Assembly (NCBI RefSeq): GCF_022539665.2
Contig: NC_081332.1
Coordinates: 3,968,001-4,032,000, forward strand
Direction: 5' to 3'
Source of the DNA: Daphnia carinata
Taxonomy: Eukaryota
Length of the DNA stretch: 64,000 bases
In this document: positions 1 through 13,100 of the stretch, one piece after another
How positions within the stretch are numbered: the stretch's first letter is position 1
How the letters are laid out: each line of letters opens with the position of its first letter
Position numbers and translations under genes: made by a program
Notes under the pieces: generated by a model
What the model saw: only the letters and a program-made list of their open reading frames with translations
The model's database searches: none
What the model was told of the DNA's origin: nothing

Positions 1-479
1 TCAGCAACTTCACTTGCATCATTAACTAATTTTTGATTTGTTGAATTTCCTGGACTTGAGTTTGATTGACGTTTCATAAAAACTGGTTTTTTGGTGCTCT
101 CTGTAATGTCCACAACCTGTCTTTTATTTAGCAGCTTTATCACAGGCTCTATATGCAAACTAGGAAGCTCGTCTGATTCGTAAGGAAAATAGTCATCTGT
201 CAAAAAGATAGAACATAAAACATGAAATGAATAAATGGTTACCCAACCATGCAATGCTAAATTCCCTATAATTAATGATACACTTTCTATAAAGGTAACC
301 TGTCATTTAGTTCAACGCAATTTTTTGCTCGAACTCGTTAAAGTTAACAGTGCCATATCATACAATTACTAAACATCACAATGGGGTTTTTATATACCAG
401 CCGAGCAATTGCCGATGAAAGCGAGAATAGCGAACACAGCACACCAGTTCTTCAAGTAAAATTTTTTGCTTGATGCCAT
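1..479 (-). CDS. Secreted protein of unknown function, 5' part only (runs off the window); exons 479-398 and 196-1
   Basis: ATG at 479 gives the signal-like peptide MASSKKFYLKNWCAVFAILAFIGNCSA. A phase-1 GT-AG intron joins it to an open exon DDYFPYESDELPSLHIEPVIKLLNKRQVVDITESTKKPVFMKRQSNSS... Confidence 0.7.
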
Positions 480-1054
480 TCTCCGTTTCTTTTTACGACT
501 GACACTATGAGTAGACACTTGTTCCACTCAACTTTTACAGACCACTTGTTGTAGACAGCTGAGCTTCGTCAAATCAGCCTTTCCCTGCTCACCATGGAGT
601 TTGATACGGCAACAGCGTTGCCGAATATGTAAACGCTCCCTGAAATAGCAAAAACCTTCGTCATCCTTTCCGGCTCAATTGTTATTGCTTAATTCTGTGA
701 CAATTTTTAATCACTTGTTAATTACCCATAGAAAGAAACCCATTTTAATAAATCAGTTAACCACATAACGCTTTAGCCTATTTGACGTCAGGTAGAAGAA
801 TATGAATAATGCTCGCATTTTTCAAATGTTTATTTCATGAATAAGCGGTGATGTAATGAAAATCAATGTTTTATTCTCTCGATTTCGCAACAAATAAAAC
901 TGTACAGCATCTATATGTTTCAGAGGAACTGCCTTGCATGACAGATAACCTTATCGTATGTTAAAGCTTTAACGGATGGATTTCGAAAAGCGCTGTTAAT
1001 TTTCTGAATTGCACTTGATAAGACATGAGCATGCTTTACACCAATGTCTAATAT

Positions 1055-1960
1055 TTAAAGTTCTATACGTGTAGGTGATTTTCTTGGTCTAATGTCGGAC
1101 GGCTTGAAAACGACTACGTTTGGAGCTTTCACAGTTGACCTTAAATGAGTCGGTACATCCTTTCCAGAAGGATCCGGATCGGCTAAGCTGATACTGGACA
1201 TGGCAGATCTGGAAAGAAATCCTTATGAAAAGTTTTAATAGCTGAAACAATTATATTAAAACTTACACTTTGAAAGTTTTTGTATCTTTGTTCGTCAAAT
1301 CGCATTCTAGTGCGAAAGCTCCGTCTCCAGGCATAATGAGCTCTTTATCGTGCTGGAGAATCAATGTAATTTGAAATTTCTCTCCATTCTGAAAAAAAAC
1401 AAAATAGTTAAAATATCTAAAAGACTACCAGAATGCTTAATGGTCTTACATCCTCAACGTTACATTCATCGTATGGTATCCTAAGCCGGAAACGACGCCC
1501 ACCGTTAGCATCTAAAAAGCATGGTGGCTTCCGTGAATAAAAGCTACCTAAACGCCAGAAAAAAGTGAATGTTTGTCTCCACAAAAGATATTTTTATTGT
1601 TTTACCTCTGGTATATAGTACTCCCTTGAAATCTGCTTGTGTCTCAATGACAACTTGGAAGTTATTGCTCCCACAATCCAGTCGGATCTGGTCAAATCCT
1701 GATGCTGTTACACCAATGTTCATTCGTCCAGTCACATCTCCCCTCCATAGTTCTGAAATCAGAAGAAATCAAAACGAATTATTATCTAAACATAGCAGCT
1801 AGCAGTGTATCTATAACATTACAGAAAATGACTTTGGATTGTGTTGGCTAGAGGCCAAGAAAGGAAAAACGCTTGGTGATTCACCTTCGGCCAACGATGT
1901 TAAAGTACACAACAGCAACCATGCCAGACACAAAAACAGTGAATAAAGATGAAAAAACAT
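1055..1960 (-). CDS. Secreted zona pellucida N-subdomain (ZP-N, cuticlin/dusky-like) protein, 5 exons
   Basis: Signal peptide MFFHLYSLFLCLAWLLLCTLTSLA. ZP-N motifs LDCGSNNFQVVIETQADFKGVLYTRG, PCF...RIPYDECNV and ITLILQHDKELIMPGDGAFALEC give four Cys. Introns are canonical and the protein ends PTRIEL*. Confidence 0.8.
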
Positions 1961-2635
1961 TTTAACACCACAGTCTCTTAATAATTTCAATACTAAGATG
2001 GTACTAGACTAGGCTACGTATAAAAAAATTATGTCGGTGTATGTAAGAAACACCTGCTGAATTCTCACTGTATCGATTGCTACCTAGCGAGTTTTCATCT
2101 GTCAAAAAGTTTCCCAATTAGCCTGAGGTGGTCCTCAACCTGTGATGCTTTGTGCAAAGCCAACTTCTATGCGGCAGCGTAATTTGTAAATTTTTTTTTC
2201 GGAAAAGAAAAATTATATCTGGAACATTGTGAGCGAAAACAACAGAAAGATAAACCTATTTATATGCTTCGAATCTGGCGCGACATTAATTAGTAATACT
2301 TTCTTGCATCCTTAAAAGGGATCAGCTATTTTAGAAACATACAAGGCCTAAATTTTCATAACATGTATTTTTCATTTAGTGTAATAGTTTGTTGTTGTAC
2401 AATGAAAGTTCCCTGACATAGTAATTTAGGAAAAAAGATAGAAGACACTGAAAAGGCCGTGGCGAAACCAGTGATTAATTTGTATTTCTATAAATTATCA
2501 CGATTCGTTTATTGACTCAGGATGACCTATTCAAGTATCTTATTTCGAAAAAAAAAAATGTGATGTACATATACAAAACAGGATATTTCATTTGATCTGG
2601 GGTCGATTCAAAGGAATCCCAACGACAATGTAAGA

Positions 2636-3479
2636 TTATATAGCAGCTCTAGCTTTCATACGGGTAATATGACGTTTGAGTTCGTCGTCCGGAACAAGAT
2701 CATCGGCTCTAATCGGCACACGGTTATTGCACCCCATCCAATAACATTTTGTATTTTTGTTTGCAGCCATCAAACTTTGAATGATCTCCTTTTCATAGGA
2801 ATGTTTACATCTTGAATTCTTCACAGGTTCAGAAAATTCCTTTTTAGAATAGGGATCTATTGTCTGAATGGTTTCTCCTGTAACCGCTAATCCATCCTCA
2901 TTATCCATTTCTTGGTCTTCTATATTACTGGTTTCAGTCTCATTGAAGTCCTTCATGGTGACATATAAAGGATCTCTTTCCAAGAAACCTTCCGGATGTT
3001 TTTCTAGTTCTTTTGACATGGTATTTTTTAACAACTACATAGAAAAGTATTAAAAAAAAAAAAAAAAAAAAAAACTAATGTGATAAGTTTAAACATGATA
3101 TGCTTTCAGCAAGACATTTCTTACTTGATTTATTTCTTCATGTGATGTTGAACACTTCCTGCCATCACAGATTTCTCTTTCAGCCTTCTCTGTGCATAAC
3201 TGAATTACTTTCTGTTTGCTTGTTTTGAGATCTTGATGCCTCATATCAAGCATAATATAATCTTTCATTGCATTTCGAAGTCCATCCAATAAGCCAGGAA
3301 TCTCTAAATTCAAAAGCAATAGGTTCAAAAGGGCTAATGCTTGTATGCAAAGATGAATTTATTATACCTTCGTTCAGACAGAAATTAGGAAGCATGTCAT
3401 AAACCTGGATGATCTTATCTTTGCCTTTTTTTATGTTGTCAGTAATCTCTGAATTAGAGACTGGAAACCTTTGTGCCAT
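2636..3479 (-). CDS. NSMCE2: E3 SUMO ligase NSE2/MMS21 (SMC5/6 complex), 3 exons
   Basis: C-terminal SP-RING IDPYSKKEFSEPVKNSRCKHSYEK...CYWMGC, preceded by a helical N-terminus; the exons join in frame. Confidence 0.85.
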
Positions 3480-3588
3480 CTTCTTGTTCAAAATGCTGTC
3501 GCAACGTCGGCATTGGCCTACAGCGTTCGCGTATACAAAATGTATTGAACTTTATCAATAGAAAGCTCAACATAAAACATTTACCCTA

Positions 3589-3812
3589 GTCGCCACCTGC
3601 AGATAAAAAATCAAATAATAAAAGGAATGTCACACAGGCAATAAATTGGGATGTTTTTTTTATAGCAAGTGTTAAACGTGCTTAACAGATTTTAAATACG
3701 CAACGCAACGCTCAATCTCAAATAAACATTCCATGCTGGAGGCGCCTTTGAACCAAGCCATCTACTGGAAACAAACTTAGCTAATCAAAATCCTCGCGAT
3801 CGTAGATGACGC
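3589..3812. promoter_or_regulatory. Bidirectional promoter between NSE2 and VPS72 with CTCF-like motifs
   Basis: Divergent ATGs are about 500 bp apart. AGRTGGC-type motifs occur at 3589-3600 (rc GCAGGTGGCGAC), 3757-3768 (rc CCAGTAGATGGC) and 3801-3812. Confidence 0.45.
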
Positions 3813-3980
3813 TGAAATGCGGCGTCTGCTTGCTATTGGATTGTTAAAACTAGAAATTAAACTTTGAGGTTTACCTTTTTTGTCTATTATATACTCCTAG
3901 TTCTTAAGCAAAATAATTACTTACGAGTATATTACCTTTTCGATGAAAAAAAAGTTCTGTGTTGACTACGAAATATCAAA

Positions 3981-5453
3981 ATGTCACTTCAGCGTGAACG
4001 GCGTGTTAATGCTGGCAATCGTCTGTCAAAATTACTCGAAGAAGAAGAACAAGACGATGATTTCTATAAAAGCACCTATGGTGGATTCAATGACGAAGAA
4101 GACGACAATGAATTTATTTTCAAGTATTGGTTTTTAAGTTTAATTATCATATGGCCATAAAACCTTTTACTAAAATAGGGCTGAAGAGGACCAAGATGAT
4201 ATTGTAGACTCAGATTTCAGTATTGATGAAAATGATGAACCTATATCTGATCAAGAAGATGAGGGTACCAAACGAAAACGTGGTGTAGTCAATACCAAAG
4301 CATATAAGGTAAAATTTTTTAGAAAACTTATTATATAATCATTTAATTCAAAGACTTATATAGGAGCCAAAAGCTACCACAAGTAAGCATTTAAAAGGTG
4401 ATAAAAATATTGATGAAATGACAGAAAGGATTGCACAAGCTGGAGAAAAAGTGGATGATTCTTCAGAAGTTCCAAAAGCTAGATCGAAATATGCCAGAAA
4501 GACAAGAATTCCTTCTCAAGCCAGAGAAAAGAAAGCAGTACGTCAAACTACTGCACTCAAATCAGCTGAAACCGTTCAGAGACTCAGAGAAAGAGAAACA
4601 AGAGGAAAAAGGAAACATAATAGGTTGATATAAAATATGATTTATGTGTAACATAACTAATGTATTCTTGGAATCACATAGGAGAGACAATGGTGAAAAA
4701 TTAACTCAACAACAACTTCTGGAAGAGGCAAAGGAAACCGAGTTACTTAACATACAGTCACTCGAAAAATATCATCAGCTTGAACTGGAGAAAAAAAAAA
4801 CGAGGGTTGTGAAAAAGGCTCCCACTGGACCAACCATTCGCTATCTCTCAACCTCCATGCCGCTCATACAGGAATTAAATGCAGAGCCGGAACGAATCAA
4901 TGTCGAAGAAGATGAGGATAAAGAAGAAAATTTAGTTAACCAGACCGGCATTTCAGCGCTAGTCGACAGCAAATCATGCTGTGAAAGAACGTTCATCACC
5001 TTTTCAACTGACAGTCTCGTGGAGGCTAATTTCAGTCGGAAAAAAGTCAATCCACCTCAAAAGAATGTTTGCCCTATCACCAGGTCGGTTTGACTGATGG
5101 TATCTGATATGAAAGGAAAAATATCGTTTATCTACAATCTATCTTTCAGGCAAAGAGCCAAATATTTTGATCCGGTGACTCAGCTACCCTACTCCACCGT
5201 TCAGGCCTTCCGGATTCTACGCGAGGCCTATTGCCAGCAGCTAGAGGTGAAAGGAGACGCCAACGATGCAGAGATCGCCCGTTGGATTGAATGGCGACAA
5301 AAGTACCGCCAAGCCCGACTCGCCGCTCTGGCTGCCGCTCGCGCCCAACAGGCCAACGCACAGGGAAACGCTGTACCGACATCGACACAGCAATCGACAC
5401 CATCTTCAGCAGTGAAACCTTCTAATACAAACAACTCAACTACAACGATATAA
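3981..5453 (+). CDS. VPS72: VPS72/YL-1 (SWR1/SRCAP H2A.Z chaperone), 5 exons
   Basis: MSLQRERRVNAGNRLSKLLEEEEQDDDFYKSTYGGF; LTQQQLLEEAKETELLNIQSLEKY; YL1_C motif CPITRQRAKYFDPVTQLPY. Confidence 0.95.
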
Positions 5454-5754
5454 ACGAAATCTCCACTCCATTTCAATTGCCCTAGTTAATAAATTTTTTT
5501 CTTTTTATTTTCCATTAAGGTTATCATCCATGTTTCTCTTCGTCAACCCACTGTTGTCGAGGAATTGTCCAGTTTTTAAGGTTTCGAATAATTTGAATAC
5601 CGATTCAATTTCCATCCGTACTCCATACACGAATCACATGCTATGCGCGTCTGCGATGAATAATGCATGAATATAATTCTCAAAAGCATCTAGCTTCCGG
5701 TTAGCAAATAGAGATGCCATTTATGGTGTCGCTAGCTACCGATAAAGTCGCACT

Positions 5755-6340
5755 ATGTTCGACGTTCGTCTCTATTACTGTGCTGCTCTTCTAAGTCAAT
5801 TGGCGACAATCAATTGTCAACTGGTCCCGTATAGCGGAGCAACTCGATTTGTTCCCAATTGGTGGATGGCAGGTAAATACATCACACGAATTAAAGAATC
5901 CAAGTTAATCTTGGGTCTTTCCTTTTTTTTTTGTTTTTTTTAAGCTACTGTTATCTTTTTATCCAGTTCACCAGGCTGTGGGAGAGTGTCGGAATTCAGG
6001 GGACTGCTCTGAAGGCGAGTGCTGTGTCCGCTCTACGGGATCAAGGCAACACCTTTTTTGTTTACCGTTACGCCATTTAGGCGAAGCATGCCGACTTCGT
6101 CAAACTTTCACAGAGCAGTCGAATCGCATCTATTTGAATTTGTGCCCTTGTGGCAAAGGCCTCATTTGTCGTGAATCGTACACGGGATGGGTAGACGCCG
6201 AATGTGTTTCTTTACGCAATCCAGCTGAGCTACTTCGCAATTCTTTCTTGCAAGCGATCCTTAAGGCCTTGGAAGAGCAGAGACAGCATAATTGGCAGAC
6301 GAAAAAACGCAAAATCCCTAACAGTTGGGTTTCAAATTAG
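5755..6340 (+). CDS. Astakine/prokineticin-like secreted Cys-rich peptide; exons 5755-5872 and 5967-6340
   Basis: Signal peptide plus a 10-Cys colipase-fold pattern: C-x5-C-x4-CC...CLPLRHLGEAC...CPCGKGLIC...C. No N-terminal AVIT. Confidence 0.8.
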
Positions 6341-7104
6341 GTTGATATGACGTTGACCTTTTCACCGATTCCGGGTGTTGGAAAGGAAAAAATGCCATGG
6401 TGTTTCGTTTGATTTTTCCTTCTCCCGGCATTGTCTCACGATTCGTAACCTATTGTACATATAGAAATGAAATGTTATACAACGGAAATAACCACTCCCT
6501 TTTGTAAGGGCTCTACCCAAAAAACAGGAGCGTGTGGACGAGTTGCGGTTTCGTGTTGACAACCCAGTACGTAAATCATCTGGGCGAGCAACGTTCGTGC
6601 AACAACCCGGCCATCGCTGTCCCACAAAACCCGTTATTATTACAAGTGTTTCTTTAACTGCTGCGTCCTTAATGTAATTTGAGAAAGCTTTGCAACTTGG
6701 TAAAAAAAAAAGTTGGATTCTATGCGCATGAACACGGGCGACAGACAATTTGACGGATGTGCTTTTATTCGGATCATGCGCGTTGTAACGTGATCAATAC
6801 AGTAGAAAGTTCTGTTGTAACGACGGGATTGTATACACTCAAAGCGTCTTGGAAAGTTCGGCGAGTTCCACGATACCTTATCTTCACCAGCGTTTTGATC
6901 AAAATAGATTGTAAATGTAGAGCTGGAATTTCTACCTGTGTACGAACTGTTAGTGACATCACTTTTCGAGGCGGTTTGCTTTATCATAACTCCCATCGCC
7001 ACTCAATGTGAGATACCGACAAGAATCCCAGCTGGGGAATTTTCGAGGAGGATCCTCGAGTCAGCGCAGCTATAGCTACACGAGTACTGTAGTGAACGTC
7101 AAAG

Positions 7105-10100
7105 ATGGCCGACGACGACGACGACTACCAGCTTGAATCACCGCCACAAGTTTCGTCCTGGACTTCGTCTTCTGCCTCTGCCGGTATGTACGTCTTAAAA
7201 AAATTCTGTCGACTCTTCCGATTCGGTTCAATCCGTCATTTTCACAACTGCCGATCGTATAGAATGCCCGTGTCAAACAGCCTCTTGCCCGACGCCGATT
7301 GACATCATAGTCTTGAGCCAAGAATGTTAGTAGCAACCGCGCCATGCCTAAACCGGACCCGCCCTATCAGCAGCTGGCGGCCACCCGCCTTCTTCCGCCG
7401 CATCCACGACTTTCCCTCTCTCTCCTCCTTAATTATTTATAGCTAGCCAGTAAGAAAAAAGCGTTAATAAAATAAGCGAAAAAAAAAAAGAAAACGAGCG
7501 GTCGCGCCTTTCGCCGATGCGCCAAAGCGCTCACGTTCCTGCACAGCTGCCAGTTTCGCAAAGGCTTCACTTTGTTTCTCTTCTTCGTCGTTGTTGAGTG
7601 TTTGCAAATTTAGCGCCTATTGATTACTGGCCTTGCTAAAGCGTCTACATTTGTTGTTGTAGTTCATCTGTAGTCCCGTAGTTTGTAGTTATCGTAGAGC
7701 CGTAGCAATTCGGTAATGGCAATTGGAGTACAGTTGTACGCATTAGCAGTGTGCGTTAGTCGATTAACTACCGGTTCGTGATGCTTCTATCGTTGATTTG
7801 GTTCCTTTCCAATCGTCCATGGAACAAACCAACAGCGGCAAATCTCCCATCTAGTAAGTGTTCTTTGTTTACTTTGCCAGTTCCCGTATTTGAGAGTTCA
7901 ACCGACAAATCTATCTTTCAATGGAAAGAAAAATCCGGTTGTTAATCATGTGCCAGATCATGTATAACAGATACTAACTGTAGCAACCGATTAAAAGAAG
8001 AAACTGGATGTTGTTAACTGCAAACAAAAATTGATCGGCTCTACAGTCTTTGCCATACATTCCATTTCTAAGAAAAAAAAGTTAGGATCGAATAGTTGAA
8101 ACATCTGGAAACCATCGTTTTTTTTTATGTTTCTCACTCTGTGGGTGCAAGTTGAGAAAATAGTGGAGACGGAAACTGTGATGGATCGAGTCTTGACAGA
8201 GGATAAACAAAGCCCAGCAGCCAGTCGTGTTGTTCTTGTTATTGTTTTGCTAAATTCTTTTTAAGCCGTTGCTTCGTTCCTTTGTTTCTCATCTACGAAC
8301 AAAAACAAACAAAAAAAAAGTAGGGGAAGAACTAACAGGACATTTTTTCATTGATGGCCATGTCAATTCAAAATCAAAAACTGAAAACAAAAGAAAAAAA
8401 CAAACCTGTGGTTCGAATCGGGCCAACAAGTAACGCCAACAAGAAAGAATGAAAAAGAACTAAAACAAGAAAATTTTTCCATGGACGAGTTTATAAATAA
8501 CCTAACGTGTGTCTCGTGTGACGAGCTTGTGTTATCGGAAAGAAGTTGTACGACGTGCTGCTCGCACGTAGATACAACACGAATCAGCTGGCAGGTCCCT
8601 GTGACAGAGCCCCAATTTCGCATAGTTGCGATATATCCATGTAAAATGAAAACGACGTCCGTTTCACTCAACAATAGTGATTTATGAATAATGTACCAAT
8701 GTAGTTTAGACCTGTCGAATTCGTTAAAAACAAATAAAGTCCTTTTTGGAATGATTTTCTGTTGCTACTTGAAATGTACACAAGAAAACATTTTGGGGCA
8801 GAAGTGTGGGTGTCTTCCCAGCTGAACTAATAGGGGAAAAAGACGAGACACATCGATCAGTTTAGAGCACGAAAGAAAAAGTGCTTCGTTTTTCTGCTGG
8901 CCTTTCGTCTAAAAACTATTTTTGACTCACGAAAAGTAAGGGGGGACGTGAATCTCTGCACGTTCTCCCCTTACTCATTTGGATGCAGTCACCCTCTTTT
9001 TCCACTTGAGTATAAAGAGAGAGTGAAAGAGGGAGAGATCACATGAAAGTCGGAAGAGGTTCACAACCCTCCGGTCGCACTCTGTCAGTCGTCGGTGGGG
9101 ACACATATCCCTTCCTCCCTATTTTATTCTGTTCCTCTGTGCACCGCCTGCCTGCGCCGTCGGGCGTTGTTTCACTGTACGTCGGCGCCCCGTTATATCG
9201 TTACACGGTCCGCTCTATTATCAGTCAAGAGCCGGCCAGGGCCGCGTTTGGTTATTGCCACTACACATCAGTGAACGATGGGAAATTGAGTGTGCACTCT
9301 CGGCTATCAAGTGTGTCGTGCTGCATTGCTCTATGATTTTTTTTTGTTTTTTTTTTTGTATGTGTTGGTTATAGGGAATAGGGAAAAAAGTGTGGGCCGT
9401 GTGTGTGGTTTCGTGTTGTTATTTTCCCCAAAGTGGCTTACATTTTAACTATTCTGGAAATTTACTGAAAAAAAACAAACAAAAAGGGCAGAGGTGTGGT
9501 TTCCACTGCGGAAGCGGTGATATCCTTTACTTATCTGCACATTGTTCAGGATTTCATTAATGTTTACTCCTATGCTCCTGGCAACTTTTGTTATCATCTA
9601 CTTTGCTTTGGATATCAGTATCAAAGGTCTGTGGAATGAATTTTTCCTGGAACAAAGGGAGAGCTTACCTTATTCAACAGGGCTGAAGGAAATTATGCAC
9701 TTGTGGAACTTTAGAAAGTTTTATAATTAGAAATCACAGCAGCAGCAATGTGACAATGACAATACGAATCTTCATGTGGCTTTTCGAAAGTCGTTTTTCA
9801 ATTGTTTCTTTCTTTTTAATCAAAGCAGACGATATTTTCTTGTTAAATTTGTTATTGACGTTTTGAGAACATCAAGGTTTCCGGTGCGGTTTGTCGCTTG
9901 GCCGAAGCTTTAACTCTTGTACTAAAAAAATAATTTTTTTCAAGAAAAAAGGATAACACCACACAGGCAGGACGAGCAATGACTCATATGTGAATAGAAA
10001 GAAGGAAAGGGGAGTAGACTGCGTGCGTCTGGGGGAGGGAGAGGAGCTACAGTGTCGGATTACTTGGAGGCGCCATGTTGATTACGTAGAAGGGGAGAGG

Positions 10101-13100
10101 GAAAAAACTTTCCGTCCCACTCTCTCTCTCTCACACACGCAGTCTCCCCCCTCTTTTTCTATCTGATGTGGAGAACCCAACTGCTGTTGATGTTTGACAG
10201 TCTTTAGAGCAGGATGGGCTGACTGCGAGCTGCATTCCAAGTTCTCAGTCTGCCTCGATCACTCCATTCTACTGTGTGGGTGTTGTTTGCCTTTTTGTCG
10301 ATTTGACCCAATGGCTCTACCGTGGCATTACCACCTAGCAGGTTGTGATTCTCAAACGTTAAATCTTATTCATTCGAATGTGCATATTACTCTTGTGCTC
10401 TTCAGTGTTTGAATAGTTTGTTCAATCAGACGCGTGCGCCATGTCGGCCAATTAGCGATCGATCAATCGCAAACCCTATCCTGTCACTTGCAAAGACAAC
10501 GTGCACGTCCCCACTGATTGGCAAATGATCGTATTGTTGTTTTCTTTGCTCGTGTATTTTTAGGTCTAAAGCGAGGTTCCAGGGCAGCGGACACGCCATC
10601 TCGAGTCGGCAGAGTAACGCAACACGATTCCAATTCTAACCCTATCAGTCCCGTTCCAACTGGACCGGAGGACGAGGAGGCGGAGGAAGACGAAGAAGAG
10701 GTGATAGAAACAGTGACTACGACAAGCCTGGACCACTGTCAGAGCGAGTCGTACCATTGGTGTGAAGAGGACGATCTAACGAGCAGCGAGGCGGCCACGT
10801 CGACGGACAAAACAATCGGTTCGTCCGGCGAGCCGGATCATTCGGCCGAGGAGTACGCTGAAATGGCCAAGAAAGTGGACCAGAATCTCGCCCATATCGA
10901 TATGGAGAACTTCAAGTCGGCCGATCTCTTCCAGACGGAGCAAATCCGCTCCCTACTCATCGAGTACAACCGGCCCATCATGCGCAGCCAGTCGCCACTC
11001 TCGCAGGTTCGTCTACTAGAACTCTAGGACTCATGCCAAGGAGGTTGCTAAGAATAGTTACACTAATATTTTATGTCTGTGTGTGTGTGCGTGTGTGTGT
11101 GTGTGTGTGGGTGAGTTGTGTTGTGGGCTTGCCCAAGTCGTGGGAGAGGGGGATGGCGGCGGAGGCAAAGCTAACGCACACACACGAGCCAAGGTCATTC
11201 CATTCCGATCTCGTTGGATAACGATGGGGAAAAAAATGATACAGCTGCTGCCATCTATCAGATCCAGCAACTTGAAAAAAGGATTTTTTTTTATGTCGTT
11301 TATAATCCGACTTTTGTTCTCGTACAGGACGATTCCAGTTTGACTGATTGTGGGTCGTTGTGTAAATCCGGTCCGCTATTCTCTCCTCAACGGGCTGTTC
11401 CTGGTGTTTGTGGAGTAGGAGGAGGCAAAGGAATCAGCCCGTCGGATTGCAGCATTGATTCGTTAAATATGGCAGAACGTGATGAGTGTTGGCTGCTGGA
11501 GGAGGCCGGCGACGGTGCCAGCCAACTTCTCTGCCGCACTAATATGACAAACTACACTCTGGCCTGGAGCTCTTCTGCTTCCGGAACCGATCAGGATCTC
11601 GATTATAACGAACCCGGTAATGATGCGAAATAAATTCATCTTTCCTATGTCCGTCTCCTTCAGACTCTTACGTTGATTGTTAATAATTTCCATAGGTACG
11701 AGTAGTTCGGGATCGGAGCAGAGTCACTGGTCCTCCTCCGGAAGCGGGGGTCATCAGCGGGCACCACCTATTCCACCATGGCCGGTGGCTTCTCGTCAGC
11801 AATTCTCTGGATTAAGGAACGATCAGCCTCCGCGGAAGTTGCAGTGCTGGGCTGGTCAGCCAACAAATCAGCCCGAGGCACCCAAACCCAACGTGAAGAA
11901 AACGCCGGAACCAATGCAAAAATCGCACAAAGAAGAGGTCCATCAACAGGAAATGCGTCGGACGGAATTAATTAATTTCCAGTCAATCGCTAAGACGGAA
12001 GACAGTCCCAGTTTGTCTGATATGGATAACGGCAATGGAAGAACAACGTCGAAGGATAACCGAACGAGACAGCGGCCCGTTTTCACCAAGACGGAAACGA
12101 AAGCAACCACTCCGCCATCATCGTCGACTGGGTTATCATTGTTGCAGATCTACATGCGGCAACGATCGCAGACGAGCATGGAACGTGAAAGTAACAAGAA
12201 ATCGGACGACATCATCGCTTCCGGCGGAGGCGAAGGCTGGGTGGAGGACTATCCGAGCAGTGCGGATGAAAAACTCGGCCTGGAATCGATCTCTAGCTCC
12301 CTTGCGGACGAAGACGATGACGACAGTGAGGAAGACGATGATAGCGAGGAGGAGGAAGACGAAGATGAGTTGTGCCAAAATAATCGTTCGTTGACGTTGA
12401 CGGATGTTAGTGACATCGAGCAAACATCGATCCAAATCGATGCCGTGCCGTTCAATACAACAGCGGCAACGTCAAGCTTAGACAAGTTGATTGCCAAAAT
12501 CAAGCCATTTGAATTGGGCCTGTCGCCAGCTTCCATGGAAGAACACTGGAACTTTGAGAGCCGGATGCGGCTGGCTGCCCCAATTCCAGAAGCCAACGTC
12601 GGATTGATGGATAAGAGTTGCCAAGTGGCCATCAATCCGCCTTCTTCGGCCACTCAGGAAGAAAGTACTTTGACGGATCCCGTCAAACCTCAGGCCTACC
12701 TCATCTTCCCCAGTTACAGCCTGCCGGATTTGAGTTTCCTCAAGAAGCACGACTACACCTGGATCGGCGATGTGCTCCTATCGCCTCAGAACTTGCCCGC
12801 TTCGGCACGCAAACCCGAACCAAGTGCAAAACAGACAACGCAGCGGACGTTCGACGACATCAAACGTCGCCAGATGGGTCATGTTAAAGATTGGGAATCC
12901 TTGAAGATTTTATTGCCGGAAGAAATACGTCAACAGATCAACAACATTAAACCGTCACCAGTCAACCGAAATAGCCGGCCAAGACCGAAGAGTTGTGAGC
13001 AAGCTGTCATTCTCCGCAACGCAAAGAAGACTGTGCCACGACCAGTTACGTGCCGAGGTTCAGTGGCATGGCCGGACGCACCCGCTGGATACATGTTGCC

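Noticed and set aside
2850..2862. NSE2 has Asp-Pro instead of Cys-Pro at the start of the SP-RING
   Set aside because: That position is not among the C-H-C-C zinc ligands, which are intact, so this is not evidence of inactivation.
6362..7011. ORFs of 60-128 aa between the astakine-like and RUN genes
   Set aside because: No recognisable motifs or consistent splice structure, and several use non-ATG starts; likely promoter or intergenic DNA.
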